Source of the DNA: an uncultured Bacteroidota bacterium
GTDB taxonomy: Bacteria > Bacteroidota > Bacteroidia > Chitinophagales > Chitinophagaceae
Direction: 5' to 3'
Assembly: GCA_937902875.1 (NCBI GenBank)
Contig: CALFNL010000322.1
Location: 1 to 62,942 of the forward strand
DNA length: 62,942 nucleotides
Shown here: positions 47,358 to 56,835 of the stretch, piece after piece
Position numbering within the stretch: the first letter of the stretch is position 1
Layout: each line of letters begins with the position of its first letter
Notes under the pieces: model-generated
Database searches by the model: none
What the model saw: the letters and a program-made list of their open reading frames with translations, nothing else
Told to the model about the DNA's origin: nothing
Translations under genes and position numbers: made by a program

Positions 47358-47387
47358 CCCTCCACCAAAAAACTATATTCAGCAATC

Positions 47388-49514
47388 ATGTCTATTATAC
47401 AGACTCTCCGGGACAGGGCGGCCATACTCGTATTTGGAATAATCGCAATCAGTTTGATTGGATTCCTTGTGCAGGATGCCTTTGTGGGCAGAACCAGTTC
47501 TTTATTTCGTGGATCTACCAATACACTAGGCTCAATAGACGGCGAATCCATCAAACGCGACGAATTCGAAGAAAGAGTGAAGTCGGCTGAGGCCCAATAC
47601 CAAGCCCAGGGATACCGTGTAGATGAAGCCACCCGTCAGGAAATCTATGGCCAGATATGGAATGGATTTATCAATAAGGCATTATTAGAATCAGAAACGA
47701 GGAAGCTCGGACTCAACTTTACGAGGAAGGAATTAAGCGCCCTTCTGTTTAGCAATAGGGCACCCCAGCAATTCAAGGAACAGTTTACCGATCCGCAGAC
47801 GGGTATCTATGACATTGCCGCCGCCCAAAACGCGATCAGGAATTTACAACGTAGCAAGAATGAGGCGCAATTGAAGCAGGTTACGGAGCAATTACTGGAT
47901 CCCATCTCACTAAATCAACTGAGACTAAAATTTCTGGCTATCTATAACCAGGGGGTATATTATCCCAAATGGTTAATTGAAAAACAGAATACAGAGAACA
48001 GCCTGATTTCAAGCATTTCTTATACAGGACTTGCCTATGCTACCATGCCAGACAGCTCCGTTAAAGTGACCGATGCCGATATCAATGCCTATATTCAAAA
48101 ACACAAGGAAAGTTTTAAACAGGAGCGAAGCAGAAGCATTGCTTATGTAACCTTTAGCGCGGCACCGAGTAGCGAGGATTCCGCGACATTGTATAAGAAA
48201 TTAGTGGATCTGAAACCCGCATTTGCGGAAGCCAAGGATGTAACAACTTTTCTGAATAAGAACGGGAGTAAGACCCCTTTTTACGACGGATTTCTGGGAA
48301 AGACAAGGATACAGATACCTGTTAAGGATTCCATATTTAATTTAGCGCCGGGCCAGGTATTCGGCCCTTACCTTGACGGAGGTTCGTACGTGCTGGCGAA
48401 GTTGATTGGCACGAAGACCCTTCCCGATTCCGCTAAGGCGAGACATATTCTTATTGCTACTCACAATCCGAGAACGGGTGAAGAAATATTACCTGACAGC
48501 ACCGCGAAGAGAAAGATAGACAGCGTTGAATTGGCGATACGAAACGGAGCATCATTTGACAGCCTGGTGAGAAAGTATTCCGATGACAAGACCTCTGCGG
48601 TGAATGGTGGTGAACTGGGCTTTTTCCCCCAAGGCCAAATGGTAAAATCCTTTAATGATTTTTGTTTTGAAAAGAATAAGGGAGACAAGGGAGTAGTAAA
48701 AACAGAATACGGATATCACTATATTGAAATAGAAGACCAGAAAAATTTTGAACCGGCTTATAAAATTGCGTACCTGTCGAAACCCATCGAGGCAAGCGTG
48801 GAAACCGACCGGGCCGCTTCCGCAGCAGCCACCCAATTTTCTGCCAATAGCCGTAGCCAGAAAGCTTTTGATGAAAATGTGCAGAAACAGCATTTGAATA
48901 AGCGCATTGCAGACAATATTACCGAAATGGCTTACCAGGTGGCTCCGGGTCTGGCCGTATCAAGGCAATTTGTGAAATGGATCTATGAAAACAATCCCGG
49001 GGATGTTTCAGATCCCATTTCAATAGGTGATCAATATGTTGTAGCCATCATCACCGGCGAAAAGAAGGAAGGCGTACAGGATGCATCCACCGCAAGGTTT
49101 ACGGTGGAGCCAATTGTAAGGAATGAAAAGAAAGGAGAACTGCTGACACAGAAATTTGGTAAGTATAATACTATTGAAGAGCTCGCGGCTAAATTAGGTC
49201 AGCAGCCATCCACAGCAGACAGTGTTAGGTTTGCGGAAAATTACAACAGGGCCTTTGGCAATGAATTATTGCTGGTTGGGGCATCCGTTAATAAGAATTA
49301 CCAGGAAAAAGTTTCCCCACCATTGCAGGGAAGCAACGGTGTATATGCAATAAAGGTGAATAATATAGGAGCATTGCCCAATGCCGAAGCCAATGTAGAA
49401 GAACAGCAAAAGTTACTGACTAATTCGGCCAAGGGGAATATCGAACAATATGTGATGACTTCACTGCGGGATGCCGCTAAAATAAAAGACAAGCGGTTTG
49501 CCGCGGGCTATTGA
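47388..49514 (+). CDS. PpiD-like periplasmic chaperone / parvulin-type peptidyl-prolyl isomerase
   Basis: N-terminal membrane anchor (AAILVFGIIAISLIGFLV), a SurA_N-like region, and the parvulin domain ARHILIA...SDDKTSAVNGGELGFFPQGQMVKSFNDFCF. Confidence 0.8.
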   Translation: MSIIQTLRDRAAILVFGIIAISLIGFLVQDAFVGRTSSLFRGSTNTLGSIDGESIKRDEFEERVKSAEAQYQAQGYRVDEATRQEIYGQIWNGFINKALLESETRKLGLNFTRKELSALLFSNRAPQQFKEQFTDPQTGIYDIAAAQNAIRNLQRSKNEAQLKQVTEQLLDPISLNQLRLKFLAIYNQGVYYPKWLIEKQNTENSLISSISYTGLAYATMPDSSVKVTDADINAYIQKHKESFKQERSRSIAYVTFSAAPSSEDSATLYKKLVDLKPAFAEAKDVTTFLNKNGSKTPFYDGFLGKTRIQIPVKDSIFNLAPGQVFGPYLDGGSYVLAKLIGTKTLPDSAKARHILIATHNPRTGEEILPDSTAKRKIDSVELAIRNGASFDSLVRKYSDDKTSAVNGGELGFFPQGQMVKSFNDFCFEKNKGDKGVVKTEYGYHYIEIEDQKNFEPAYKIAYLSKPIEASVETDRAASAAATQFSANSRSQKAFDENVQKQHLNKRIADNITEMAYQVAPGLAVSRQFVKWIYENNPGDVSDPISIGDQYVVAIITGEKKEGVQDASTARFTVEPIVRNEKKGELLTQKFGKYNTIEELAAKLGQQPSTADSVRFAENYNRAFGNELLLVGASVNKNYQEKVSPPLQGSNGVYAIKVNNIGALPNAEANVEEQQKLLTNSAKGNIEQYVMTSLRDAAKIKDKRFAAGY

Positions 49515-49536
49515 GAGCGATATCTTTAATGAAATG

Positions 49537-49566
49537 AAGCCACATCTCCGGGTGTGGCTTTTTTGA
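49537..49566 (+). terminator. intrinsic terminator of the PpiD-like gene
   Basis: AAGCCACA (49537-49544) pairs with TGTGGCTT (49553-49560), with an 8-nt loop, running into a TTTTTT tract. It begins 23 nt after the stop. Confidence 0.8.
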
Positions 49567-49663
49567 TTTTAAGGAAATATTAATGCGAACCAGAACCCCG
49601 CTCATGCCGCATTCATGAAATACCCACCATTTCTGCCACATTCTCCCATTACCAGGAAATGGC

Positions 49664-49671
49664 TAAATTTG
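49664..49671 (+). promoter_or_regulatory. -7 promoter motif TAnnTTTG for the DUF2480 gene
   Basis: TAAATTTG, 33 nt upstream of the ATG at 49704. Confidence 0.4.
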
Positions 49672-49703
49672 CAGATTGATCAAATGATAGAAGAGGAGCA
49701 TTT

Positions 49704-50213
49704 ATGAGTGATATCATTATTAATAAAGTGGCTGAGAGCGGACTCATTACAATAGATCTGGAAGATTATTACCCAAAGGGTGCACTCACCGTATATGATT
49801 TAAAAGAACACCTCTATATGGGGTTAATCCTGAAAGAAAAGGATTTTAGGGAATCGTTGAAGACCAAGGACTGGGAACCTTACAGAGATAAATTTGTGGC
49901 AATTACCTGCACGGCAGACGCGATTATTCCCAAGTGGGCGGGTATGCTGGTAGCATCTTACCTGGAACCCGTAGCGAAGGATGTGGTTTTTGGAGACGAG
50001 AAGGCAATGATATCATCCATCCTCCTCAAAAACCTGGGATCTCTCCGGGCAGAAGACTATGCGGGGCAACGAGTTGTGATAAAGGGCTGTGGTGAAATTG
50101 AAATCCCCGAAGCCGCTTATGTAGAGATCACCCGCAAACTGAGACCCTTTGCCAAATCCATTATGTATGGCGAAGCCTGCAGTTCGGTTCCCATATATAA
50201 GCAAGGGAAATAA
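49704..50213 (+). CDS. DUF2480-family protein
   Basis: N-terminal IINKVAESGLITIDLEDYYPKG matches the Bacteroidota DUF2480 family as I recall it. 169 aa. Confidence 0.65.
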   Translation: MSDIIINKVAESGLITIDLEDYYPKGALTVYDLKEHLYMGLILKEKDFRESLKTKDWEPYRDKFVAITCTADAIIPKWAGMLVASYLEPVAKDVVFGDEKAMISSILLKNLGSLRAEDYAGQRVVIKGCGEIEIPEAAYVEITRKLRPFAKSIMYGEACSSVPIYKQGK

Positions 50214-50277
50214 TTTTCAATAATGCGTGATTGGATTTCCATTTCCCGTAGCGGTTGAAAAATACTGAATTCAAATT

Positions 50278-51375
50278 TCAAAACCAGTCTCTTCTCTTAA
50301 ATATTATCAGCATCCACATTGGGATAAGTAGCATTAGGCCCACCGATATGAAAAACCCCCACTTATTATGCAAGAGGGGAATGGCTTCGAAATTCATTCC
50401 GAAAATGCCGCCTATTACCGTGGCCGGAGCAAGCAAACAGGTCACTATGGCCATCACCTTCATTACCTCATTCATTCTCAGGTTAACGTTGTTGATATAA
50501 AGATCCTGCATACTGATCATCATATCCCGGTAATTTTCTCCGAGATCGTTGGCCTGCACAATATGGTCATAGACGTCCTTAAAATATTTAGTGGTGCGGT
50601 CATCGAGCAGGTCACTTTCGCTACGGATAAAACCATTGATAAGTTCCCGACCGGGCGCGAAATTTCTTTTGAGAACTATCAATTCTTTTCTAAGCTGGTT
50701 GATGCGTGCCAGGGAGCGCGTATTACTGCGACGGATCACCTCTTCTTCCAGGAGTTCTATCTGCTCTCCAAGTTTTTCCAAAACCACAAAGTATTGGTCC
50801 ACTATCATGTCGAGCATGGAATAACACAGATAATCGGCCGTGCGCTGGCGGGCCTTGCTGGTACTGATTTTCAGCCTGTTTCGCAAGGGATCTAAAACAT
50901 CTCTGGATGCATCTTCCTGGAAAGAGATCACAAAGTCCTTGCCCAGGGCAATGCTGATCTGTTCTGTTTCGATGGTCTTGGTTTCATTATTAAAATAAAG
51001 CATGTTGAGCAAACAAAACAATATGTTGTCCATTTCGTCCATCTTTGGCCGTTGGTCGACGCTCAGGATGTCTTCGATAATCAGCGGATGGATGCCAAAA
51101 TAATTGCAAATATTTTCCACGTCTGCCTTTCTGAGACCGTCGATATTGATCCATGTGATGCGTTTATTGTCTTTGAACTGGAAGCATTCCCCAACCGATT
51201 TTAATTCATGTTCCTCGATTGTGGTTGCATCATAATCAAAAACAAATATTTTCACGTCGGCGGCCTCTGCACGATGAGGCATTACAGTAGGATTGACGGT
51301 CAGGATTTCCTTGGTCCTTTGTGTACCAAATAAGGCAGGTAAATAGAGGTATTTGAGGTAGTTTTTACTTGCCAT
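50278..51375 (-). CDS. corA: magnesium/cobalt transporter CorA
   Basis: The C-terminus has two TM helices with the GIFGMNFE (GMN) signature. 365 aa. Confidence 0.92.
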   Translation of the reverse strand: MASKNYLKYLYLPALFGTQRTKEILTVNPTVMPHRAEAADVKIFVFDYDATTIEEHELKSVGECFQFKDNKRITWINIDGLRKADVENICNYFGIHPLIIEDILSVDQRPKMDEMDNILFCLLNMLYFNNETKTIETEQISIALGKDFVISFQEDASRDVLDPLRNRLKISTSKARQRTADYLCYSMLDMIVDQYFVVLEKLGEQIELLEEEVIRRSNTRSLARINQLRKELIVLKRNFAPGRELINGFIRSESDLLDDRTTKYFKDVYDHIVQANDLGENYRDMMISMQDLYINNVNLRMNEVMKVMAIVTCLLAPATVIGGIFGMNFEAIPLLHNKWGFFISVGLMLLIPMWMLIIFKRRDWF

Positions 51376-51479
51376 ATTACAATATTAAGGTGGCTACCCT
51401 CTGGTATAGGGTTTGATGGCAAGAAAATTAAGCATTATAAGCGAAAACAGGAGCGGGGAATGAATATTAGTGAACTTAT

Positions 51480-51962
51480 TTATCCATTGGGGCGGAGAAA
51501 ATCGCCGCGGAGGGATTTGATAACAGGAATATTACCGGAATATTTTTTTATGAACCCAGAAAAGATCACACCTTTTGGAAAGCTGCAACTGTAATGGGGA
51601 TCCATATATGCCTGGCTGATTTCCACCTCGTCGCGTGTGAAACGGAATGCAATTTTGTAGTAGTTCCCACCGCGGCAGGAAAATGCGGCCCTGGCCCCAT
51701 CGTAGTTCAATGTGTCTATAAAGAATCCGTCAAAATATGCGGGATAACCACTATTCATGTAGAATGTCATGGCGATTGAAGAACTGTCCAGCAGTTTTAC
51801 CCTGATCTCACCGTAATGCCCCTTCAGTTCAGATTTAGTGAATTTCCCCTTCAGTATGTAGGTACCAGTGGGGTCTACAAAACTCTGCGCCTGCGATGAC
51901 ATAAATTGTGCATCGCCAGGAATAATGATGAATAAGAAAATGACAAACAGTAAATACTTCAT
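51480..51962 (-). CDS. hypothetical secreted protein
   Basis: 160-aa ORF with a clear signal peptide MKYLLFVIFLFIIIPGDAQ. No recognisable motif. Confidence 0.5.
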   Translation of the reverse strand: MKYLLFVIFLFIIIPGDAQFMSSQAQSFVDPTGTYILKGKFTKSELKGHYGEIRVKLLDSSSIAMTFYMNSGYPAYFDGFFIDTLNYDGARAAFSCRGGNYYKIAFRFTRDEVEISQAYMDPHYSCSFPKGVIFSGFIKKYSGNIPVIKSLRGDFLRPNG

Positions 51963-52158
51963 AGCAGGCTGTCGAAAAGTGAAAGGGCCTTCATGTGAAG
52001 GGATGATAAGATAGTCGCTCCCGGCAGATTCCCATAATCAAATATGATATCCGGCTGCTATCTCCCTGCTGGTGGCGCAAGGGCAGGATTGAAAGTTTTC
52101 AAGTGTATATGAATGCTCTGATTCATGCCCAAGATTCTGAAAGCGGTGAGAGGGGCTT

Positions 52159-53232
52159 CTATAGTTTTTCGTAAAGACTTCTCAATTTTTCGCGGGTCAT
52201 GATTTTTTCCCAGTCTTTTCCCAGAGCGTTTTCCCACAAAGGCTTCATGCCCAACGAAACATTTATCATAGTGTTGAATTGCTCATCGCTCAACCCTTTA
52301 CAAATACCCTTGGGAATATCTATCTTGTTTTTCTCTACCATCTTTCTGAATGTGGATACTCCTTGAGGATAATATTCGCCAAGCTGATTCATTACAATGC
52401 AATTGCCAATGCCATGCCTGGTACCGAGTAAGTATGCCAGCCCATAACTCACCGCGTGGGCTACGCCTACCTGGCTATATGCGATGCTCATGCCTCCGGC
52501 ATAGGAAGCCATCATGAGTTTGTCGTCACATTCCTCATCCCATTTTTCTTTTTTCAGGAATACTTCGATGCATAGTTCCAAGGCCTTTTCGCCATAAGAT
52601 TTGCTGAATTCGTTGAGGTAGGTGCCCTGCAGGCTTTCAATGCAATGAATATAACAATCCATGCCTGTGTAAAACCTTTGGTTGGCCGGAGGATTCCTGG
52701 TTAATACAGGGTCAAGCACTATCTGGTCGAAGGGGGTAAAGTCAGAATTCATTCCTAATTTACGGGTAGGGCCAGTGAGCACGCATGTTCTGCTAACTTC
52801 TGCTCCCGTGCCGCTCAGGGTAGGAATTCCCACCTTATACACCCCCGGATTCTTTACCAGGTCCCAGCCCTGGTAGTCTGCAGAGGAACCGGGATTATTC
52901 ATCATCAATGAAATGGCTTTAGCAAGGTCCATGGTAGATCCGCCTCCAATTCCAACTATGCCGCTTATGGATCCGAATTCATTTTTGAACTGCGCGCTAA
53001 GGCTGTCAACATCCCCCGTTTTGGGTTCATGGCTCACATCGGCATAAACAACCTTGTCTTTTCCACGGAGAGGTATCCGATTCACAAGATCTTTGTTCTT
53101 GAAAAAGTGATCAACCAGAAAAATCATAGGCAGACCATCTTTACGATTCGGAGAGAGGATCTCATCGAGCTGATCAAAACTTCCCCTGCCATAGATTACA
53201 TATCCGATCATTTTGAAATTGCGAAACTTCAT
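52159..53232 (-). CDS. iron-containing (group III) alcohol dehydrogenase-family oxidoreductase
   Basis: The GGGS nucleotide-binding motif is VGIGGGSTMDLAK. Metal-ligand region is ...DCYIHCIE...AHAVSYGL. I prefer the ATG at 53232 over the TTG at 53274. Confidence 0.8.
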   Translation of the reverse strand: MKFRNFKMIGYVIYGRGSFDQLDEILSPNRKDGLPMIFLVDHFFKNKDLVNRIPLRGKDKVVYADVSHEPKTGDVDSLSAQFKNEFGSISGIVGIGGGSTMDLAKAISLMMNNPGSSADYQGWDLVKNPGVYKVGIPTLSGTGAEVSRTCVLTGPTRKLGMNSDFTPFDQIVLDPVLTRNPPANQRFYTGMDCYIHCIESLQGTYLNEFSKSYGEKALELCIEVFLKKEKWDEECDDKLMMASYAGGMSIAYSQVGVAHAVSYGLAYLLGTRHGIGNCIVMNQLGEYYPQGVSTFRKMVEKNKIDIPKGICKGLSDEQFNTMINVSLGMKPLWENALGKDWEKIMTREKLRSLYEKL

Positions 53233-53496
53233 ACTTGTTTTTTTTAATTCATCAAGGGAGATCCGAATTTTCAATCTGCCGCTTGAAAATAATTCCGCAA
53301 ACCTACTTTACATCCGGGGAATTTCAAATTTGTAGGCAAGGGCGGGCGGCCATTCAATGGCTCTCCACTAAATTCATACGGGAATTCTGATGGTAAGGGG
53401 GTAAGGGAATGACAATTTTCCATGATTCTATTGAAGCCCAAGTGGCATTGAATTTCACAAAAATGGTAGTAACTTCAAGCAGATACCGCAATTTTT

Positions 53497-55077
53497 ATGA
53501 GGGTTCAGCCAGGTATATATGCCGCTGTTGTGATCATGCTCCATAGTAGTATAGCTTCCGCACAAAGAGTTTTGTATTCACCATTTGTGGGAGACCCTTC
53601 GGCTGTGCGGTTTGAAGTAGTTGCAAAAGCCGGCAATTTCTATTGGGTGCAAAAAGGAAAGAAGAAGAACAGCGCCGGCCTTCCATCCAATTATGGGATC
53701 AGGGATAAAGAGCAATCATTTGAAATTTATGATTCGAGGATGGAGCCGGTAAGAGCTATTCCATTTTCCCTGATATCGGTCACTTCCCTGAAAGAATATT
53801 TTGTTTCGGATGAGAGGTATTTTGACAGACTCATCCTCGTCACAGATTATCGCAAGACAAATCTGTTCCTGCAGCGCTATTCTCCAGAAGGGCAACTTTT
53901 GTACGAGGATAAATTACCATATCAATTTCCATTCAATGAATCGGCTAATAATTTTTTGGTGGTTCGTTCTGAAGACCGGACAAAGATTCTGGTTCTTGGG
54001 TTTGAGTCCACTGATCATGATGCCCAACGGATTCATGCCCTGCTGCTGAACCGCGACTGGAAATTGTTGCAGTACAAGACATACGAACATAGCTATTTCA
54101 GCCAGCCGTTTATTCAATACAATTTTATAAATTATCCAGTAGAAAGTTTCAGCACCAGTGCCATTAAGCTTGGGAATGAGGGCGATTGGCTAATGACGGC
54201 GCCATCGCGTACGAATCATAATTTCCTACTGTTTCATTTTAGTGGATCGGATAGTGAATTTGTTTATAGGGAAATAAAATTGCCTGGTGGCGCAAATGTG
54301 GATGCAGTAGCGTTGAGCCTCAATGAAGAAAGCCATGAGGCTTTGGCGGGGATCATGTGTAAGTTCAGGTACTCTGCTGTGAAAACTGTGAGTGTAGCCC
54401 GCTATTCATTATTGAACCATGACCTTGTATTTGATTCCACCTATCGCTTCAGAACGGTTTCGGGCGCCAGGACCAGGAATGAAAACCTGGAGGAAGAAGA
54501 TTTCACGGCCCTGCCCGGGGGGGGTTTTATGCTGCTCAAGGAATATGGAAGGCCTTACTCTGGAACTTATAGAACAGAAGATTTTGGATTCGATTATGTT
54601 GGTGAGGGAGAAGCCACACTTATTGTAAATCAGCCAGTGGATATTCCCGGGATGGCCACCACATTCGGCAACGATGAATATACGAGGTATAATTCCTTAA
54701 GTGGAAGTGGCGCCAGCCATAGAAGAGGGGACCTCAACATGTTTTTTTTCCCCGGCGGAAAAAATGGTAATTGCTGGACTGGTATAATCAATAAGGAGCA
54801 GGTCACAGAATTGAATTCTTCTTTCTTATCTTATTTCATGATCCCCATTAGATCAAGGTTGTTTTTGCTATACAACAGCCGTTTCAGGAGAACGGATCAA
54901 TTCGGAACCACCACTATTCTCGATCAGGATGGCCAGCCTATAGATGACGCCGGTATCGCTTTTTGGGACATTAATAACACACTCATCTTTCAAAAGGCCA
55001 GGCAAATCGCGATCAATGAAGTAGCCATTCCTTATGAGCGAAATCAGCGGGAAGGATTTGCCGTGATACGATTTTGA
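53497..55077 (+). CDS. hypothetical secreted protein (526 aa), no recognisable domain
   Basis: Signal peptide (AAVVIMLHSSIASAQ). The long ORF has even coding character. The C-terminus ends ...GFAVIRF (aromatic terminal residue). Confidence 0.55.
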   Translation: MRVQPGIYAAVVIMLHSSIASAQRVLYSPFVGDPSAVRFEVVAKAGNFYWVQKGKKKNSAGLPSNYGIRDKEQSFEIYDSRMEPVRAIPFSLISVTSLKEYFVSDERYFDRLILVTDYRKTNLFLQRYSPEGQLLYEDKLPYQFPFNESANNFLVVRSEDRTKILVLGFESTDHDAQRIHALLLNRDWKLLQYKTYEHSYFSQPFIQYNFINYPVESFSTSAIKLGNEGDWLMTAPSRTNHNFLLFHFSGSDSEFVYREIKLPGGANVDAVALSLNEESHEALAGIMCKFRYSAVKTVSVARYSLLNHDLVFDSTYRFRTVSGARTRNENLEEEDFTALPGGGFMLLKEYGRPYSGTYRTEDFGFDYVGEGEATLIVNQPVDIPGMATTFGNDEYTRYNSLSGSGASHRRGDLNMFFFPGGKNGNCWTGIINKEQVTELNSSFLSYFMIPIRSRLFLLYNSRFRRTDQFGTTTILDQDGQPIDDAGIAFWDINNTLIFQKARQIAINEVAIPYERNQREGFAVIRF

Positions 55078-55096
55078 AGAAGTAAATGGTCAGCAT

Positions 55097-55849
55097 TCAG
55101 GAAGCCTGGCCCCATCCATCCTTTTGAAGCAGTTTTGCCGCACGCTCCAGGTCTTCGGGAGTATCTATTTCTACTCCCATATAATCCACCAGCACCATTT
55201 TCAAAGGAATTCCGTTTTCGAGGTAGCGCAAACATTCAATTTTTTCAGAAGCTTCCAAAGGGGAGATGGGCCATTTGGTGAATTGAATCAGGGCTTCTTT
55301 GCGAAAAGCATATATTCCGATATGCTCATAGTAGTGAGGTGTAAAATTGCTATTGCGGGGATAAGGGATCACGCTTCTTGAAAACAGGAGCGAATTCATA
55401 TTCCTGTCAACAACCACTTTCACATAGTTGGGATCTTCTATAAATTTCTTTTCCCTGAGAGTCTGGATCATGGATGCCACTTGAACTTTTTTCCCATCCT
55501 CCCCTTCAAAAACAGACAACAACTTTTCCAGCGGATGTTTATTCACAAAGGGCTCATCGCCCTGAACATTCACCACAATATCAACCTCCATATCGGCCAC
55601 TGCTTCGGCTATGCGATCGCTCCCGCTCTCATGTTGGAGGCCACTCATTTTTGCCTTTCCTCCATGGGATGCAATTTCCTGGAAAATAATATCGCTGTCG
55701 GTAACCACCAATACTTCGTCAAAAAGCCCCGTAGCAACTGTGTTTTCATAGGTATGCCTAATGACGGTCTTATCGCCCAGCACCTGCATCAGTTTGGCCG
55801 GAAAGCGGCTGGCCGCGTAGCGTGCGGGGATCATTGCTGCAATCTTCAT
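55097..55849 (-). CDS. kdsB: 3-deoxy-manno-octulosonate cytidylyltransferase (CMP-Kdo synthetase)
   Basis: MKIAAMIPARYAASRFPAKL..., VNVQGDEP, ...LEQLR-type region (EKIECLRYLENG). 250 aa. Confidence 0.92.
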   Translation of the reverse strand: MKIAAMIPARYAASRFPAKLMQVLGDKTVIRHTYENTVATGLFDEVLVVTDSDIIFQEIASHGGKAKMSGLQHESGSDRIAEAVADMEVDIVVNVQGDEPFVNKHPLEKLLSVFEGEDGKKVQVASMIQTLREKKFIEDPNYVKVVVDRNMNSLLFSRSVIPYPRNSNFTPHYYEHIGIYAFRKEALIQFTKWPISPLEASEKIECLRYLENGIPLKMVLVDYMGVEIDTPEDLERAAKLLQKDGWGQAS

Positions 55850-55974
55850 CCATCAAATTTGTCACAAGATAAATGATCCGGCAATTTTCATATTGAACAA
55901 GAGGCAAATAATTGAGGATGGAAAATAAAATATGGGAGGAAGGTCTGGAGATTTTCTTAAATGCGATCGGCAGT

Positions 55975-56835
55975 TTAGTCGAGCAGATTTTTTTGGAAGG
56001 GAGCCTTCATCAATTCTCCAAAATCCTCATCTTTTTCATTGGAATAATATTTGTCAAGCCCATAACGTATCTGGCCGGGATCAAGATTCCTGAAGGTACC
56101 CAGGAGTCGGTCCCAGATGGAGAATACCGCGCTATAATTGCTATCCGTATAGGGTTGCTTCCAGTGATGGTGCACTTTGTGCATATTGGGGGATACAAAT
56201 ACCCAACTTATAGACTTGTCAAGCCAACGGGGAAGACTGATATTGGCATGGGTGAATTGGGTGGAAATGACGAGCAGGGTCTGAAAAATCATGACGGCAT
56301 ACATGGGCGAGCCTGATACAAGAACTCCCAACAGAAAAAATATTCCCCTGAGTACGCTTTCTACAGGATGGTGCCTTAGCCCCGTAGTCACGTCCACATT
56401 ATTGTCTGCATGATGTATTAGATGAAAACGCCAGAGCCATCTAACCTTATGTTCAACAATATGCACTAACCATCCTCCAAAAAAGTCGAGAACCAGGCAG
56501 CTTATTAATATTATGAGAATCGGGGAAGTATTGAACCAATAAACGATTCCAAATTGTGCCGCCTTTGCCCAATCGGATAATAAAAGGATAATGAAGGCGA
56601 ATCCCGTATGCAAGACCAGGTGAATAACGGTGAAAGAAAGGTTTACTGCGGCATGGCGGGCCTTGGTCTTCTTATATTTGAGAGTAGCCAGTGGAATGGC
56701 TTCTTCTATTGTCCAGAGCAAAACCATACCCCCTACAATAAAGATCATCCTTTCCACGGGGCGCTGCTCCAGGGTTTCGAAGTAATTGATGATCTTAGCT
56801 AACACAGGAGAGAGTTTACCCAAACAAGGTATCAA
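55975..56835 (-). CDS. fatty-acid hydroxylase / sterol desaturase superfamily membrane di-iron enzyme
   Basis: The histidine boxes are HIVEHK, FHLIHHAD and HKVHHH, separated by hydrophobic helices. TTG start with uncertain N-terminus. Confidence 0.75.
   Translation of the reverse strand: MIPCLGKLSPVLAKIINYFETLEQRPVERMIFIVGGMVLLWTIEEAIPLATLKYKKTKARHAAVNLSFTVIHLVLHTGFAFIILLLSDWAKAAQFGIVYWFNTSPILIILISCLVLDFFGGWLVHIVEHKVRWLWRFHLIHHADNNVDVTTGLRHHPVESVLRGIFFLLGVLVSGSPMYAVMIFQTLLVISTQFTHANISLPRWLDKSISWVFVSPNMHKVHHHWKQPYTDSNYSAVFSIWDRLLGTFRNLDPGQIRYGLDKYYSNEKDEDFGELMKAPFQKNLLD

Larger units (their letters stand above)
46819..47387. other. candidate chromosomal replication origin (DnaA-box cluster plus AT-rich tract), alternatively a DnaA-regulated divergent promoter region
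   Basis: Largest non-coding spacer in the window. DnaA-box-like 9-mers lie at 46872, 46929 (perfect), 46950, 46984, 47004, 47201 and 47316. An AT-rich tract spans 46820-46856. Confidence 0.35.

Noticed and set aside
47240-47632. ORFs 47240-47632 (minus) and 47273-47590 (plus) in and around the candidate origin spacer.
   Set aside because: Both overlap the start of the PpiD-like gene or its promoter, have no motifs, and are typical of spurious ORFs in AT-rich spacers.
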